NCBI RefSeq assembly: GCF_902713615.1
Contig: NC_052147.1
Coordinates: 209,956,559 to 210,020,558, forward strand
DNA length: 64,000 bases
Origin: Scyliorhinus canicula
Lineage: Eukaryota
Direction of reading: 5' to 3'
The notes under the pieces are model-generated. The model searched no databases. It worked only from the letters and a program-made list of their open reading frames with translations, and had not been told where the DNA came from. The position numbers were made by a program, and so were the translations under genes. Positions 33,201 to 46,555 of this stretch are shown here, piece after piece. Each line of letters starts with the position of its first letter. Position 1 is the first letter of the stretch.

Positions 33201-34360
33201 GCTAGTGCATGAGTCACAGAAGGTTGGTTTACAAGTGCAACAGGTGATTAAGAAGGCAAATGGAATTTTGTCCTTCATTGCTAGAGGGATGGAGTTTAAG
33301 ACTAGGGAGGTTATGTTGCAATTGTATAAGGTGTTAGTGCGGCCACACCTGGAGTATTGTGTTCAGTTTTGGTCTCCTTACTTGAGAAAGGACGTACTGG
33401 CGCTGGAGGGTGTGCAGAGGAGATTCACTAGGTTAATCCCAGAGCTGAAGGGGTTGGATTATGAGGAGAGGTTGAGTAGACTGGGACTGTACTCGTTGGA
33501 ATTTAGAAGGATGAGGGGGGATCTTATAGAAACATTTAAAATTATGAAGGGAATAGATAGGATAGATGCGGGCAGGTTGTTTCCACTGGCGGGTGACAGC
33601 AGAACTAGGGGGCATAGCCTCAAAATAAGGGGAAGTAGATTTAGAACTGAGTTTAGGAGGAACTTCTTCACCCAAAGGGTTGTGAATCTATGGAATTCCT
33701 TGCCCAGTGAAGCAGTTGAGGCTCCTTCATTACATGTTTTTAAGGTAAAGATAGATAGTTTTTTGAAGAATAAAGGGATTAAGGGTTATGGTGTTCGGGC
33801 CGGAAAGTGGAGCTGAGTCCACAAAAGATCAGCCATGATCTCATTGAATGGCGGAGCAGGCTCGAGGGGCCAGATGGCCTACTCCTGCTCCTATTTCTTA
33901 TGTTCTTATGATAGAAGGTATTCAGGGTAGATGAGAAAAGGAAGGGAAGAGGATTAATTAAGGACAATGTTTAGTGTTGGAGAGATGTCCTGTGGGGTCC
34001 AGGACCAAATCTATTAGGTTAGACTAAGAAACATTAGATGCACTATGAAAAATAATGACAATTTGCAAATAAATCATACTGTAGTTTAATGAGTTTGGGG
34101 CGGGGGCGGGGGGGGGGGGGGGGGATGCAATCCTTGATTTAGTTCTGGGGAATTAAGTTTTGAGAAACTATAATCTAGCAGAATGTTAAGTCACTTGAAC
34201 AAAAGTGGATTAATCAAGGAAAGCAGGCATGCATTTGTTAAAGGCAAATCTTATTTAACTTATTTGATTAAGATTTTTGATAAGGTAACAGGGTGCATGA
34301 GGGGAATACGGTTGATGGGGTGTTTATGGACTTCCAAAAGATGTTTGATAAAGTACCACA
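30245..34360 (+). mobile_element. old degenerate CR1 remnant split by the young CR1 (flanks about 30245-30692 and 33910-34360)
   Basis: Left flank has decayed esterase and endonuclease sequence (VAITETW-like, LNVPG). The right flank continues it (..KVFR..) and reaches the RT remnant MDFQKMFDKVPH. Confidence 0.65.
30692..33910 (+). mobile_element. young 5'-truncated CR1 LINE of the same subfamily as 20847-24935; ORF2 30775-33816 with internal TAA at 31312-31314
   Basis: ORFs 30775..31314 and 31354..33816 are in the same frame; protein nearly identical to the minus-strand copy; TTCTTATGTTCTTATG tail. Confidence 0.95.
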
Positions 34361-37117
34361 TGTTACGATACTGAACCAGACCATCAAGCAATTTGTTTTA
34401 ATTTGTAAAACTTGTGAGGAAAGGATATTGCACCCCAGAGTGATGACCCTGACTAATTGGTATCTTTTATGTTGAAACAAACTTTAATTTAAACACAGAA
34501 TTAACCACATTAACATCAAAGAAATAATTTTACAATTAACAGTTAAGCAGTTCTTAAATAAAAGGAAAACTTGAACTTACTGTCTACACCTACTGCTAAT
34601 TCCAATTAAGCAATGCAATACAGCTCAAATGCCACTTATAAAGGAAATTAGCATAACAGGTTTGCTTAGCTCTGCAGACTTTTGGCGAGAGCTAATTTCC
34701 AGAGTAGATCTAGTATACTTCTGCTCAACCTATCAGCATTTGGCAAAACCGGCTATTCAACTTAAAATCCTATAACAGACTGCAAAACTAGACGGACCTG
34801 GCTCCTCCCATTAATTACTCAGTAAGTTCCATGACCTGCTCAGCTAGAACTAAACACTACTCCCTCAAATTATCTACACTTCAGGGAATCTTTAGTAAAC
34901 ATGGTCAAGGAGAATCCCAAGGCCTTTTATGCATATATTAGGAACAAGAGAAAGAGAAGGCCCACTCCAGGACGATGGAGGAAAATTATGCATGAAACCA
35001 CAGGAAGTGGGTGAAATCCTTATTGAGTACTTTGTATCGGCATTCCTTGAGGAGAGGGCCTGACGGATGTTGAGGTCAGGGATAGGTGTGTGAACACTCT
35101 TGAGAACATCAATACTATCAAAGGAGGAAGTGTTGAGCATCCTAAATTGCATTAAGGTAAACAGGTTACTGCGGGAATCAAAAGGAGAAATAACTGGGCC
35201 CTTAACAGATATCTTCACATCCTCTTTGACCACAGGCTAGGTTCTACAGGACTGAAGAATAGCCAATATTGATCCCTTATTTAAGAAAGGAAGCAGGGAT
35301 AATCTAGCAAATTATAGGCCAGTGAGTCTGACATCAGTGATGGGGAAGCTTTTGGAAAAGATACTGATGGACAAGGTGTATGCACATTTGGAGGGAAATA
35401 GACCAGTTAGTTACGGGCAGCATGGTTTTGTATGGGGACGGTCATGTCTCACCAACCTGATTGAGTTTTTTGAAGAGGGGACAAAGAAAATTGATGAGGG
35501 AAAGGCTGTGGGTGTAGTTTATATGGACTTTAGTAAAGCGTTTGACAACGTCCCACATGACAGACTAGTACAAAAACTAAAATCACATGGGATTTGGGGT
35601 GGGCTGGTTAGATGGATACAGAACTGGCATGGTTACAGAAGACGGAGTCACAGTGGAAGGGTGTTTTTCAGACTGGAGATCTGTAGTTAGTGATGTTCCG
35701 CAGGGATCAGTGTTGGAACCTTTGTAGTATATATAAATAATCTGGAGGAAAATGTGGTTGGTCTGATTAGTAAATTTGTGGATGACACTAAGATTAGTGG
35801 AGTTGCTGATGGTGCTGAGGATTGTCAGGGGATACAACAGGATATAGGTAGATTGGTGACTTGGGTACAGAAAGGAGTTTAATCCAGACAAATGCAAGGC
35901 GCTGCATTTTGGAGGATCAAATCTAGGTATGAATTATACTGTAAATGACAAAAACCCTTAGGAACATTAACATACAGAGGGATCTGACGTACATGTCCAC
36001 AGTTGCCCAAAAATGGCAACACAGGTGGCCAAGGTGATTAATAACAATCGTTTATTGTCACAAGTAGGCTTACTTATGACGAGACTTACTTGTCATACTT
36101 ACAGAAGACATTACTTACTTATGACTGCAATGGAGTTACTATGAAAAGCACCTAGTAGCCACATTCGAGCTCCTGTTTGGGTAATTCTCAGCTGGTATGG
36201 GAATTGAACCCTCGCTGCTGTCCTTGTTGTGCATCACAGACCAGCTGTCTAGCCCACTGAGCTAAACCAGACAATATTAAATAGACATATGGCATGCTTG
36301 CCTTCAGCAGCCGGGGCATTGAGTACAGGAGTTGGGAAATCGTGTTGCAGCTATATAAAACCTTGGTTCGGCTGTATTTTCAGTATTGCATGCAGTTCTG
36401 GTCACCACATTATCAGAAGGACGTGGCAGTTTTTGAGATGGTGCAAAGAAGGTTCACCAGGATGTTGTCTGGTTTTGATGGTGTTGGCTATGAGGAGAGG
36501 TTGAATAAACTAGGATTGTTTTCACTGGAAAAACAGAGGCTGATGGGAGACCTGATAGAGGTCTACAAAATTGAGAGGCATAGACAGGGTGAATAGTCAG
36601 AGGCTTTTTCCAAGGGTGGAAGTGTCAATTACAAGTGGGCACAGGTTCAAGGTGAGAGGGTAATGGTTTACAGGAGATGTGCGGGGTAAGTTTTACACAC
36701 GAGCGGTGGGTACCTGGGAGGCGCTGCCAGAGGATGGGGTGGAAGCAGGCACATTAGCAACATTTAAGAGGCATCTGGATGAGTACACGGATAGGGAGGA
36801 AATAGAGGGATAGGGACCAAGTAAGGGCAGAAGGTGTTTTTTTTTTAGTTAGGGCATCATGATTGGTACAGGCTTGCAAGGCCGAAGGGCCTGTTCCTGT
36901 GCTGTACTTTTCTTCATTTGTTCAGTCAAAACATGATTCCATTAGCCCTTTATCTGTAACCAAGTAAGTGGTTGAAATAAATGATTACCTAACCTTTTAT
37001 GACTCTTTAATTACAGCTTTAGCAGGCATACTGCCTGTATGTATTTTAAACCAAGGTTTTAATATTTATACAGCTGAATATAAAATATAATATATAACAA
37101 TTTGTACATTCCTCACA
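34361..37117 (-). mobile_element. possible solo LTR (TG...CA) split by a CR1 insertion
   Basis: Begins TGTTACGA abruptly inside the old CR1 RT and ends ..TCCTCACA; non-coding; TSD not clear. Confidence 0.4.
34893..36925 (+). mobile_element. degenerate CR1 LINE (RT and 3' end) with a SINE inserted at about 36040-36272
   Basis: ORFs 35322..35690 (QHGFVWGRSCLTNL, MDFSKAFD) and 36294..36596 (LYKTLVR..QFWSPHY). Confidence 0.88.
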
Positions 37118-38857
37118 CACCTAACATACTTGTTAGTAAAATTGAAGCTCAAACCTGATCAACCTGAAATGTTAACTCTGTTTCTCCCTCCATATATGCT
37201 GTCTGACTGGCTGAGTGTTTCCAGCATTCATTATATCTTGTTTTTGTATTTCTAATTTCTTTCATTTATTGGAAAATATGCCTCCATATGTTCATGTTTA
37301 TATTCATATTACGAGTATATTAGAAAGCTCCTGAAATATAATAATGAGCACCTTCACCATTTTCCCTATTCTCAAATGGCTACCAAATAGGTCATGGGAG
37401 TATAAAATGTAGAGGCCAGAATGCAACTGCCCATTTCAAATAAGCTACAACACTCTTAAGTAGAGAACTTAAAACTCATTGCAATTGTATTTTAGTTCAT
37501 TAGCCCATTTTCCTTGACCGACCAACTGGAGAAAGAAATCTAAATAATGGGCTTATACCAAAGTCACAAATGATCTTCTCTGTGCTTTGCATCATTCAAA
37601 ATGAGGAACCTTTCCATGGTCCTCTACATCTCTTCCCCATTTTTCAGTTTGGTTCCACTCCGTAACAAAGTGCCTTCTCTTTCTGTTCACCTCTGGTGTT
37701 CCTAAAAGCACCTTTTTTATGTATCAGAGAATACACCCCTGCTGGTGAAATATCACGTGATCTGTAGTGACGTTGAGAGGGCTTCAGTTCTCCATCTTGT
37801 ATGAGCAACTTCTCCTAATACACCACTCATTGCATTTTGTAACAAATCTAAGTGTGTGGGCACCTCCATACCTTTTCACTTTGCAGCACTTCGAGAATAT
37901 AACAAATGAGAAAACTAGAGATTGAGGATTGAGACAAAACAAAATTGCTATAAAAAATCATCGGCAAGATAATTGGAGACCGCGTTGAGAGCAGAGAAAA
38001 GATTCTCTAGACCAGACTCTCAGGTTGGGCGAAGCAAAAGCCTCCGTGCTGAAGGTTTATAAAAAATGGATCACAACTGTAAGTTAGCAGAATGACAGTT
38101 CAAAAACCTGCTTGCCATTGGAGTGGGTAGAGTCTAGGCTGCAAAGGCTGTGCATGTGGCGATGTTAAACGGGCTGGGGGGTGGCGGGGGCAACTTTAAG
38201 GGTAGCAAAATACTGTGATTTGGTGCAACACTAGATGGCATTCTTCATGATGGGTTAGTACGAGGGATCTGCAGTGAAGCTATTCGGAGGAAGCTGCTTA
38301 CTGTAAGTAACTTAACTCAAAGCTGCTGTATAAGTTGCTGCGTCAATGGAGCTAGCAGCAAAAGAGGCTTCACAGATGAGAACTGGAACAAAGATCCACA
38401 AGGTGGAGACTGCTAAAAACAAATCTGCAAGCGTACAACCATGTCATCGATGTGCACAAGTTGGACACTCAGCAGGGGAATGCTGGAGTAGAAAAAGTAC
38501 ATGGAGGAACTGTGGCAAGAAGAGCCAAAGTGGGTTAGGCAACATCACCAACACCAAAGATGTGCAAGAAAAACGCACCTCAACAAACTAGATTGTGTCT
38601 ATAAGTTAGTGATCGAAGTTCACAAACCCTCAGGAGACGAGGCAACCGAACAACATCAGGAGCTGAAACCAGATGGTTTGTCAATGCGAAGCGATTAACA
38701 GCATTTCTGGGCATTCCCAAAACTTGATGGTAACCGAGACAAAATGGATGTGGATACGGGTGCAGCTGTGCCAGTGATACCTGAGACAATTTATAATCCG
38801 AAGTTGGCTCACCTGCCTTTACAACCGCCAAATGTTATCCTAAGAACATGCGCTATT

Positions 38858-39183
38858 CATAGAATTTTACAATGCAGAAGGAGGCCATTCGGCCTGTCGA
38901 GTTTGCACCGGCTCTTGGAAAGAGCACCTCCACCCCATCCCCATAACCCAGTAACCCCCCCCAACACTAAGGGCAATTTTGGACACTAAGAGCAATTTAG
39001 CATGGCCAATCCACCTAACCTGCACATCTTTGGACTGTGGGAAGAAACCAGAGCACCTGGAGGAAACCCATGCACACACTGGGAGAACGTGCAGACTCCG
39101 CACAGACAGTGACCCAAGCCAGGAATCGAACCTGGGACCCTGGAGCTGTGAAGCAATTGTGCTAACCACTATGCTACCGTGCT
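38858..39183 (-). mobile_element. full-length HE1 V-SINE with CR1-derived tail
   Basis: Reverse complement of the 3762-4092 type. Confidence 0.88.
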
Positions 39184-41559
39184 ACACAGAAGACGTTGCA
39201 CCATTAAAAGGATACATAATGATGCAAGTAGAAATAAATGGGCAAACAGCGGAGTTGTCTCTTCACGTTGTCCATGGACATTTTCCTGCTTGTTTGGTAG
39301 AGCATGGTTGGGAAAATTAAACTCTACTAGGGAGCAGTGAATCAACTAGTGGTTTCAAAGAATGACCTACAGCAACTTCTCGAAGTATAAAAAGGTGTTT
39401 GAAGATTCACTGGACTGTTGATGTTCAACTCAAAATCAAGCCGAACAGTACTTCTAAATGTCCCAAAGGTAGAAGTGTATCATATGCCATCAGGCCAAAA
39501 GTTGAAAAACTAGAAAGGCTAGACAAACAAGAGTCATTGAACTGGTTGCTACAAGTGATAGTTCCTGTGAAGAATTGCGATGGCTCAGTGAGAATGTGGA
39601 GATTTTAAAACCATTATTAACCTGGTATTGTGCACGGATCACTATTCAGTAGTGCAGATTGAAGACTTGTTTGCCAGACTTTCTGGAGGTCAGAAATTTG
39701 GTAAAATAGATCTATCACAGGCATTTTTACAATTGAATGTGGCTGCAAAATCACAGCTGCTACTCACTATCGTGACGCACAAAGGTCTGATCCGTTACAG
39801 GAGACTTCCATTTGGAATAACATCTGATCTTGCTCTTTTTCAGGGATCCAAGGATCAAATTCTAAGTGGGGTGCAATGTTATCTAGATGGCATTCAAGTA
39901 AACAAGAACACTTGAAGAACCCAGAAGCTACACTGAAACGTCTACAAAACCATAATCTTGAGTTAAAAAGGAAAAGTATGACTTTTCAAGGTATCTCATC
40001 TGGGTCACATCAATGATAAAGATGGCTTACACAAGGAGCTGACAAAGATGACCATGATCTTGGAACGACTGATCGCATTTTTATAAAATGAGTTCAAGGG
40101 ATGTGGGCAGCACAGGCTGGGCCAGCATTTATTGCCCATCCCTAATTGCCCTTGAGGGGGCAGTTGAGTCAGCCATGTTGCAGCTGTGGGTCTGGAGTCG
40201 CATGTAGGCAAGACCAGATAAGGATGGCAGATTTCCTTCCCTAAAGGACATTCGTGAAACAGATAGGTTTTTACAACAATCAACAATGGTTTTGTGGTTA
40301 TCATTAAGCCTTTAATTCCAGATATTTTTTATTGAATTCAGATTCCACCATCTGCCGTGGCGGGATTTGAACATGCGTCCCCAGAGCATTGCTCTGGGTC
40401 TCTTGATTACTAGTCCAATGACAATATCACTATGTCTCCGCCTCTCCTAACTCTCTGCACGAGCTGTTAGTTAATAGCACAGAAAACAATTACGCTCCAC
40501 TAGAAAAACGGGCTTTGAGCATCACATTCAGGGCAAGAGGTTTCATTGCTACCTTCATGCATATAATTTTACTCTTGACGAATCACTGACACTTGACAAC
40601 AACAATCTTTGGGCCGTATGAAGGTGTCCTTCCTTTAGCAGCTAATAGGGTACAGAGATGGTCTTTGATGTTATCGACATAGATGTACAATATCCAGTAT
40701 TGTAAATCGGAGTAACGTGCAAATGCTGATGCTATGTCAAGATTGCCACTACAAGTCAAGCTTGAACCAGAAGAACATTTCGTCAACATCCTATATTTCT
40801 CATGCATGGATAATGTTAATCTCTAATTCTGAAATACGCAAGAACCGATCCAGTAATGGGGAAAGTGATGGACTTCATCCAAAAGGAATGATTATAGACG
40901 TACATTGTAAAAATCCAGACCTTGAGTTCTACATCACACATCGCACTTGAGCTGACAGTCCACAGTGGAGTTTTATTATGGGGAATGAGTGATTATTCCT
41001 CCGTGCTTGCATAATAATGACCTTGACCAACTGCATGTGGGACGTTCTGATGTGATGAAGATAAAGGAGCTGGCATGCAATTTTTTTGGTGGCCAGGATT
41101 AGATACTCTGAGAAAGTGGGGCAATGTCAGTCCTGTGCAAAATTAAAAACAAATTCACCACTGCAGCCATTACATCCTTTGACATAGCCAACACAATAAT
41201 GGCAGAGAATACACACAGACTATGTTGGTCCAGTTGACACTTGTTCCTATTGATCATGGATGCACAAAGTGGGCAGAAGTATTAATTATGAAATCCATAA
41301 TGACAGATTAAATATTCGCAAGATTTGGTATACCGGAGCTGTTCGTAAGTGACAATGGTACTCTGTTTACTTCTAAGGAGTTCAAGGACTACTTAAAAGG
41401 AAATGGTATACAGCACATAAAGTCAGTTCTGTGCCATCCTTCAACAAATGGGTGCGTACCGTCACTTAAACATTCCATTAAATCATCAAAGGACACGGTA
41501 CATTAGCAAGAAGAATGAACAAATTCTTAATGTCTTATCAGAACACCACGCATGCAATG

Positions 41560-41840
41560 ATTATCTTTGTGTTACAAGTAGGCTTACATTGACACGGCAA
41601 TGAAGTTACTATGAAAATCCCCTAGTTGTCACATTCCAGCGCCTGTTCAGATACACGGAGGGGGAATTCAGAATGTCCAATTCACCTAACAAACACGTCT
41701 TTCGGGACTTTGTGGGAAGAAACTGGAGCACCCGGAGGAAATCCACGCAGATCCGGGGAGAACGTACAGACTCCGCACAGACAATGGCCCAAGCCGGGAA
41801 TCTGACCTGGCACCCTGGTGTTGTGAAGCAACTGTGCTAC
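41560..41840 (-). mobile_element. V-SINE with AAGCCTACTTG tail
   Basis: Reverse complement of the 10066-10375 type. Confidence 0.85.
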
Positions 41841-42169
41841 CATAAGTTCACAAACAATACTGCTGTAAAAATAAAGGAAACGAGAACAGTTTGATCTTTC
41901 GATGCCAGCTGATACTTCACACATTGCCAAATGATAACACAAGCACAATTTGCTGGGAGGGAACAAAACTCTTTGTCCTTGAGTGAATACTCATTGCCTG
42001 AGTGCTAGTTAGAAGCTGCACTATGAGGAATGGGTACCTGCTGTTGTTCGAGCTAAAACAGGTCCAATTTCATACTCTGTACAGGCGGATGATGACGAGT
42101 TTGGCAAAGTCATACTGACTAACTACTAGCTTCACAAAGTGAAATCGCTGAAACCTCTGAAGAAACCCG

Positions 42170-44315
42170 TCGGTGGCCATGAGCTGATCGGTCACACAGA
42201 AGGTGGTTCCTGTTTGGAGAAGTTTGATTTGGCCCTTTCTACCCTGTTAATGGGTGTTTTTTGAGCAAAAAATTGGGAACTGAGTGGAGGGTGCTGTTTT
42301 GTTTTACCCCAGTGCAGAATGTCAGTGGGTTATCACACCCAGCAGAAGTTGGTGAGAGCCCTAGCTCAGGAGTTGGAGGACACACGTGGTGCAGCACTAA
42401 CGGAGAAAATGGCAGAGGGGGATGTCGTCATCTACCACATTGCCTGTGGAGCAGTTCATGGACTTTTGCAAGGGGGAGTTTCAGCAACAGCGGCAAGAAA
42501 TGCAGGAGGATTGGTCCAAGGCAATTTGAGGGAGCAGTAATCCCTCTTCATGAGACTTTGGATCGTTTGGAGAAGCGCTGTAGTCACAAGGTGCGATGAT
42601 CCGAGAGATGCAAAGGGCACTCTGACTTTTCGAAGATGTTCGAGCAGCTGATCAAAGTGGGGGTCTCCGAGAAGGATTTACCAAGACATTGGTGCCAACT
42701 TGGCCAAATGGAAGGGAGAGTTTAATAAGGCCAAGGTGGCACTCTTTCTGAGCAAGGTCTGATTTGGGGTGTTGTACCCGGCCAAACTTCGGGTGACTTT
42801 CAAGGGCAAGGAACCTTTACAATGCCAGAGGCGATGGACAGCTTATTCAAGGAGCATGGGTTGAGGGAGGGCTATCGTTGGGAATTTCTTCTGTTTTATG
42901 GCTTTTTTATGTATATACAAGTTTTGTAATTGATGTGTTGTTTCTCTTTTGCATATGTTGATTGGGGTGTGTTGATGAGTGGGGGGATCGTTCTGTGTTT
43001 TGGGTCTCGTTTGGTGGGAACTTACGAAGTGGTATGTATATACAATATGTGCAGTATTTGGTTGTCTTTTGCACATGTTGGTTTTGCATTGGTCTGTGTC
43101 GATGGGGGGTGGTGGTACAGAGTTTTGGTTGAATGCTCTTGCAGGGGAGGGATGGGGGGGGGGGGAAGAGTTACCTGGGGAGGGGCCTTTTGAAAGTGTA
43201 AGGTGTGGGAGGGGTAGTTTGGGTGGTATCCTTTTCTAATGCCCAGGTGGCAGTTGCCATGCCAGCTGCCAGCAGAGAATGCTAGCAAATGGAAGCAGTG
43301 TGGGGGAAGGGACTGCAGTGGGTGGGATCTATGCTGGATGGGGCTGCTGGATAGCGGGGGTGGTGGGGTGGGTGTTGGAGTTGGAGGTCGGTAATGATAG
43401 GAACATGCAAGGTCTGAATGGTCCGGTTAAACGGTCGCAGGTGTTCGTGCATCAAAAAGGTTTCAAGCGCAGATGTGGCTTTGCTTCAGGAAACACATCT
43501 GTGGATGAAGGACAAGATATGATTAAGGATGGGAGGGGGGGGAAAGAGATTCATGATGGTGAGTGGGGTCCTGGCAGGAACATCAGTTGTCTTAGTCAAT
43601 ATATATGCACCCAATTAGGACAATGCGGACTTTGCTAAGCTGTTAGCACCCATCCCGATCTTGGATTCAGATCAGCTGATAATGGGGGCGATTTTAATTG
43701 TGTGTTGGACCCTAGGGTGGAGAGGCCTAGACCCAAGACAATGGTCAGGTTAGGGATGGCGAAGCTGCGTGGGTATTTATGGATCAGATTTGGGGGGGGG
43801 GGGGGGTCTGGATCCATGCAGGTTTAGGCAACCGGGAAAGAGGGAGAGTATTCCTTCTTCTCCCATGTACATTGGTATTGTTTTTTTTTGTATGTGGTGA
43901 AGTCAGTGCTGTCTGAGTCATGGGCGCAGAATACGCAAGAATTGTAATTTTGAACCTTATGTGGACATAAGGGTGCAGAGGTGACCAGGGTGGATGTTTG
44001 ATTCAGCTCTCCTGGCAGATATAACATTCTGCAAGAAGTGGCGTTGGCGATTAAAAATAATAAAGAACTCTAGAGCTTAATCAGAATGGGATGGTTTCCG
44101 TCTCCACGTTCTGGGAAGCGTTGAATGCGTTGGTCAGGAAGGAGGTCATTTCTTATAAGGCCCACTGGGATAAAGTTGAGAGGGAGGAGAGGTTGGTGGA
44201 AGCTATTATAGAGCTGGATTGGAGGTACTCCGTGGCCCCGACTAGGAAACTGTTAGCAAAAAGGAAGAAACTACAGGGACAGTTTCACCTCTTGACAACA
44301 GGGAAGGTGCTGGGC
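42170..44315 (+). mobile_element. degenerate L1/Tx1 LINE 5' half (ORF1, spacer, endonuclease)
   Basis: ORF1-like GVLYPAKLRVTF; endonuclease remnants GLNGPVKRSQVF, LLQETH, LIMGGDFNCVLDP, KEGEYSFFSHVH, STFWEALNALVRKEVISY. Confidence 0.78.
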
Positions 44316-44969
44316 CTTTTTTTTTTTAAAACCTCCATGATTTCTTTCCTGGCCTTGCATCTGCCTTCGTCTATAAACCCTAACTTGTCCAAAACACATG
44401 TTTTATTTTCTGCAGTTAATGCCTCACACCCATTGCCCAAGATCTTGTTGATTTGTTTGCCTGTTCTCCAGGCTGTGTTGAAAATCACCGTCCTATCATT
44501 GCCTTGATTTGTAATTGAGTTGAATGTGTAATTTTGACTCTTTCAGGATAAGGTTTCAGCTAGAGCTTTGCTAAAATTTGGAGTCAGCACCATTAATTTA
44601 CTCAGAATCCTGCAAATCTTTAAACCGCACTGAAGTAAGCATGCTGAACTTTGCTTTGTGATATTTGTTAGTTTAGGTGAAATGATCCATCCTTAAGTGC
44701 AGCTGTGTGACATGCCACTGGTATGTATTTTGCATAAAACTGATTAACAAGTTATTAATTTTTGATTGTTGGAACCAAATTATTCAAATTTTTAGTTGCA
44801 GCAGTGAAAATTGTATTGTTTGCAGTATATTAATGTGTTTGGAAATTCTTTGTTTAGGTGGACTGACTCTTAGTATGAGCAACTGTTTTAAGCTCAACGT
44901 TGGAGGGATCATTTATTTTTGAATAATTACACAATTTAATTATCATAATATGCTTATATTTTTAACCAG

Positions 44970-45056
44970 GAAGTGGAACCAAATTCTCCAGCTGCATTAG
45001 CTGGTCTTCGACCTCACACAGACTATATAATTGGAGCAGATACTGTCATGAATGAG
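44970..45056 (+). CDS. GORASP2: GORASP2 coding exon 4, 87 nt, [29 protein letters not shown]
   Basis: tttaaccag acceptor and gtaaat donor; PDZ2 sequence in frame with exon 3. Confidence 0.96.
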
Positions 45057-45288
45057 GTAAATTGAACAGATGATATGGTTTCAAGTTTAAACATGAATAA
45101 AAGCTATGGAGGTACCTTCCAAGTCATTTCTAACTTTGATTATTCTGACAAATATTTTTTGTAACCATACAACACCATAAAGATTCAGCAATAGTTTGAG
45201 AAGCTGCATATATTTGCATATTGTGTATAAAGACTGGAAATTTTCTTTCTCTCTGAAGAGAGAATTTTCAGTTCGAAATTTCAGAGTT

Positions 45289-45516
45289 GGGGCGGCGCGG
45301 TGGTTAGCGCTGCTGTCTACAGCGCTGAGGATCCGGGTTCAATCCCGGCCCCAGGTCACTGTCTGTGTGGAGTTTGCACATTTCCCCCGTGTCTGTGTGA
45401 GTTTTACCCCCACAACCCAAAGTTGTGCAGGTTCGGTGGATTGGCCATGCTAAATTACCCCTCAATTGGGAAAAAAAATAATAATTAGGTGCTCTAAATT
45501 TAAAATAAATAAATAC
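45289..45516 (+). mobile_element. HE1/V-SINE, short-tail type, in GORASP2 intron 4
   Basis: TSD ATTTCAGAGTT at 45278-45288 and 45517-45527. Confidence 0.88.
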
Positions 45517-45870
45517 ATTTCAGAGTTAAAAATTGTGAATACTTTTTTAAAACATTTATGAAATTATGCATATGTCTCAAAATACCAATATTTTCTCCTT
45601 TATTTGTGAAAAAGAGACCAGCTTGAATGTGCGTTACATATCAGTGAAATTATGGGGTACTTGTGTATATTGTGCGGAGAATTTCACTTAGTTTTGCTGA
45701 CACTGCATTTCATCCCTCTATTAATGTTCCAACTGAATTGGTGATCTCTAGTATTTCCTGCACAAATTTTACATATCTCTTCTCATCAGCATACTTGGGT
45801 ATATGTTTGTGTACACACATTGAATGGATTAGAAAATAGCATTACTAATACTTTAATTTATTTCCCCTAG

Positions 45871-46001
45871 TCTGAAGATCTCTTCTCTCTGATCGAGACA
45901 CATGAAGGAAAACCTTTGAAGCTGTATGTGTACAATACAGACACTGATAACTGCCGAGAAGTCGTTATCACGCCAAATACTACATGGGGTGGAGAAGGCA
46001 G
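45871..46001 (+). CDS. GORASP2: GORASP2 coding exon 5, 131 nt, [43 protein letters not shown](S)
   Basis: tttcccctag acceptor and gtaaga donor; PDZ2 motif WGGEG. Confidence 0.96.
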
Positions 46002-46422
46002 GTAAGATGCAAACTCATTTTAAACTGAATAATTCAAATTCTGTATAAAACCAGGAAATCCTGGACAGAAGTATACTGTCCATAGCATTTAGACGGCAAT
46101 GTGGGCGTACTTAAAAGGCATGAACTGTAGCAGTTCAAGAAGCTATCTCACCATCATCATCTCGAGCGCACTTCGGAATGGGAAATAAGTGGCTAGCGTC
46201 ACATACATCACACAAACAAATAAAAGGGGCATAATACTTCGGTAGAAACCCTTTTCCCTGTAACTAACACATTTTGGGTAGATTGAATATTGAAATTTTA
46301 AAAGTGAATTCATTTTTCAAACGCTGACAGACTGCTAACAAGCTCCAGCTTTTTTTTTTGTTTCTCATTTTAATATTTACCTTCTAGAATTTGGTGAATA
46401 ACATACATAAATTGTTTTTAAG

Positions 46423-46555
46423 CCTAGGTTGTGGGATTGGATATGGCTACTTGCATCGAATTCCAACCCGTCCATTCGCAGAGGGTAAAAAAATTAGTCT
46501 TCCTGGACAGCAACCTGGTACACCAGCCAGCCCATTAAAAGATGGTTTCACAGAG
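46423..46555 (+). CDS. GORASP2: GORASP2 coding exon 6, 133 nt, (S)[44 protein letters not shown]
   Basis: tttttaag acceptor completes the AG|C Ser codon; gtaata donor. Contains [11 protein letters not shown] and the proline-directed phosphosite region PGTPASP. Confidence 0.95.

Larger units (their letters stand above)
38225..42160 (+). mobile_element. degenerate Ty3/gypsy LTR retrotransposon internal region (gag, PR, RT, RH, IN)
   Basis: Gag knuckle CHRCAQVGHSAGEC, protease MDVDTGA, RT KIDLSQAFLQL / RLPFGI / YLDGI, integrase WQRIHTDYVGP, VSDNG, HPSTNG. SINE insertions at about 38858-39183, 40085-40445 and 41560-41840. Confidence 0.88.
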
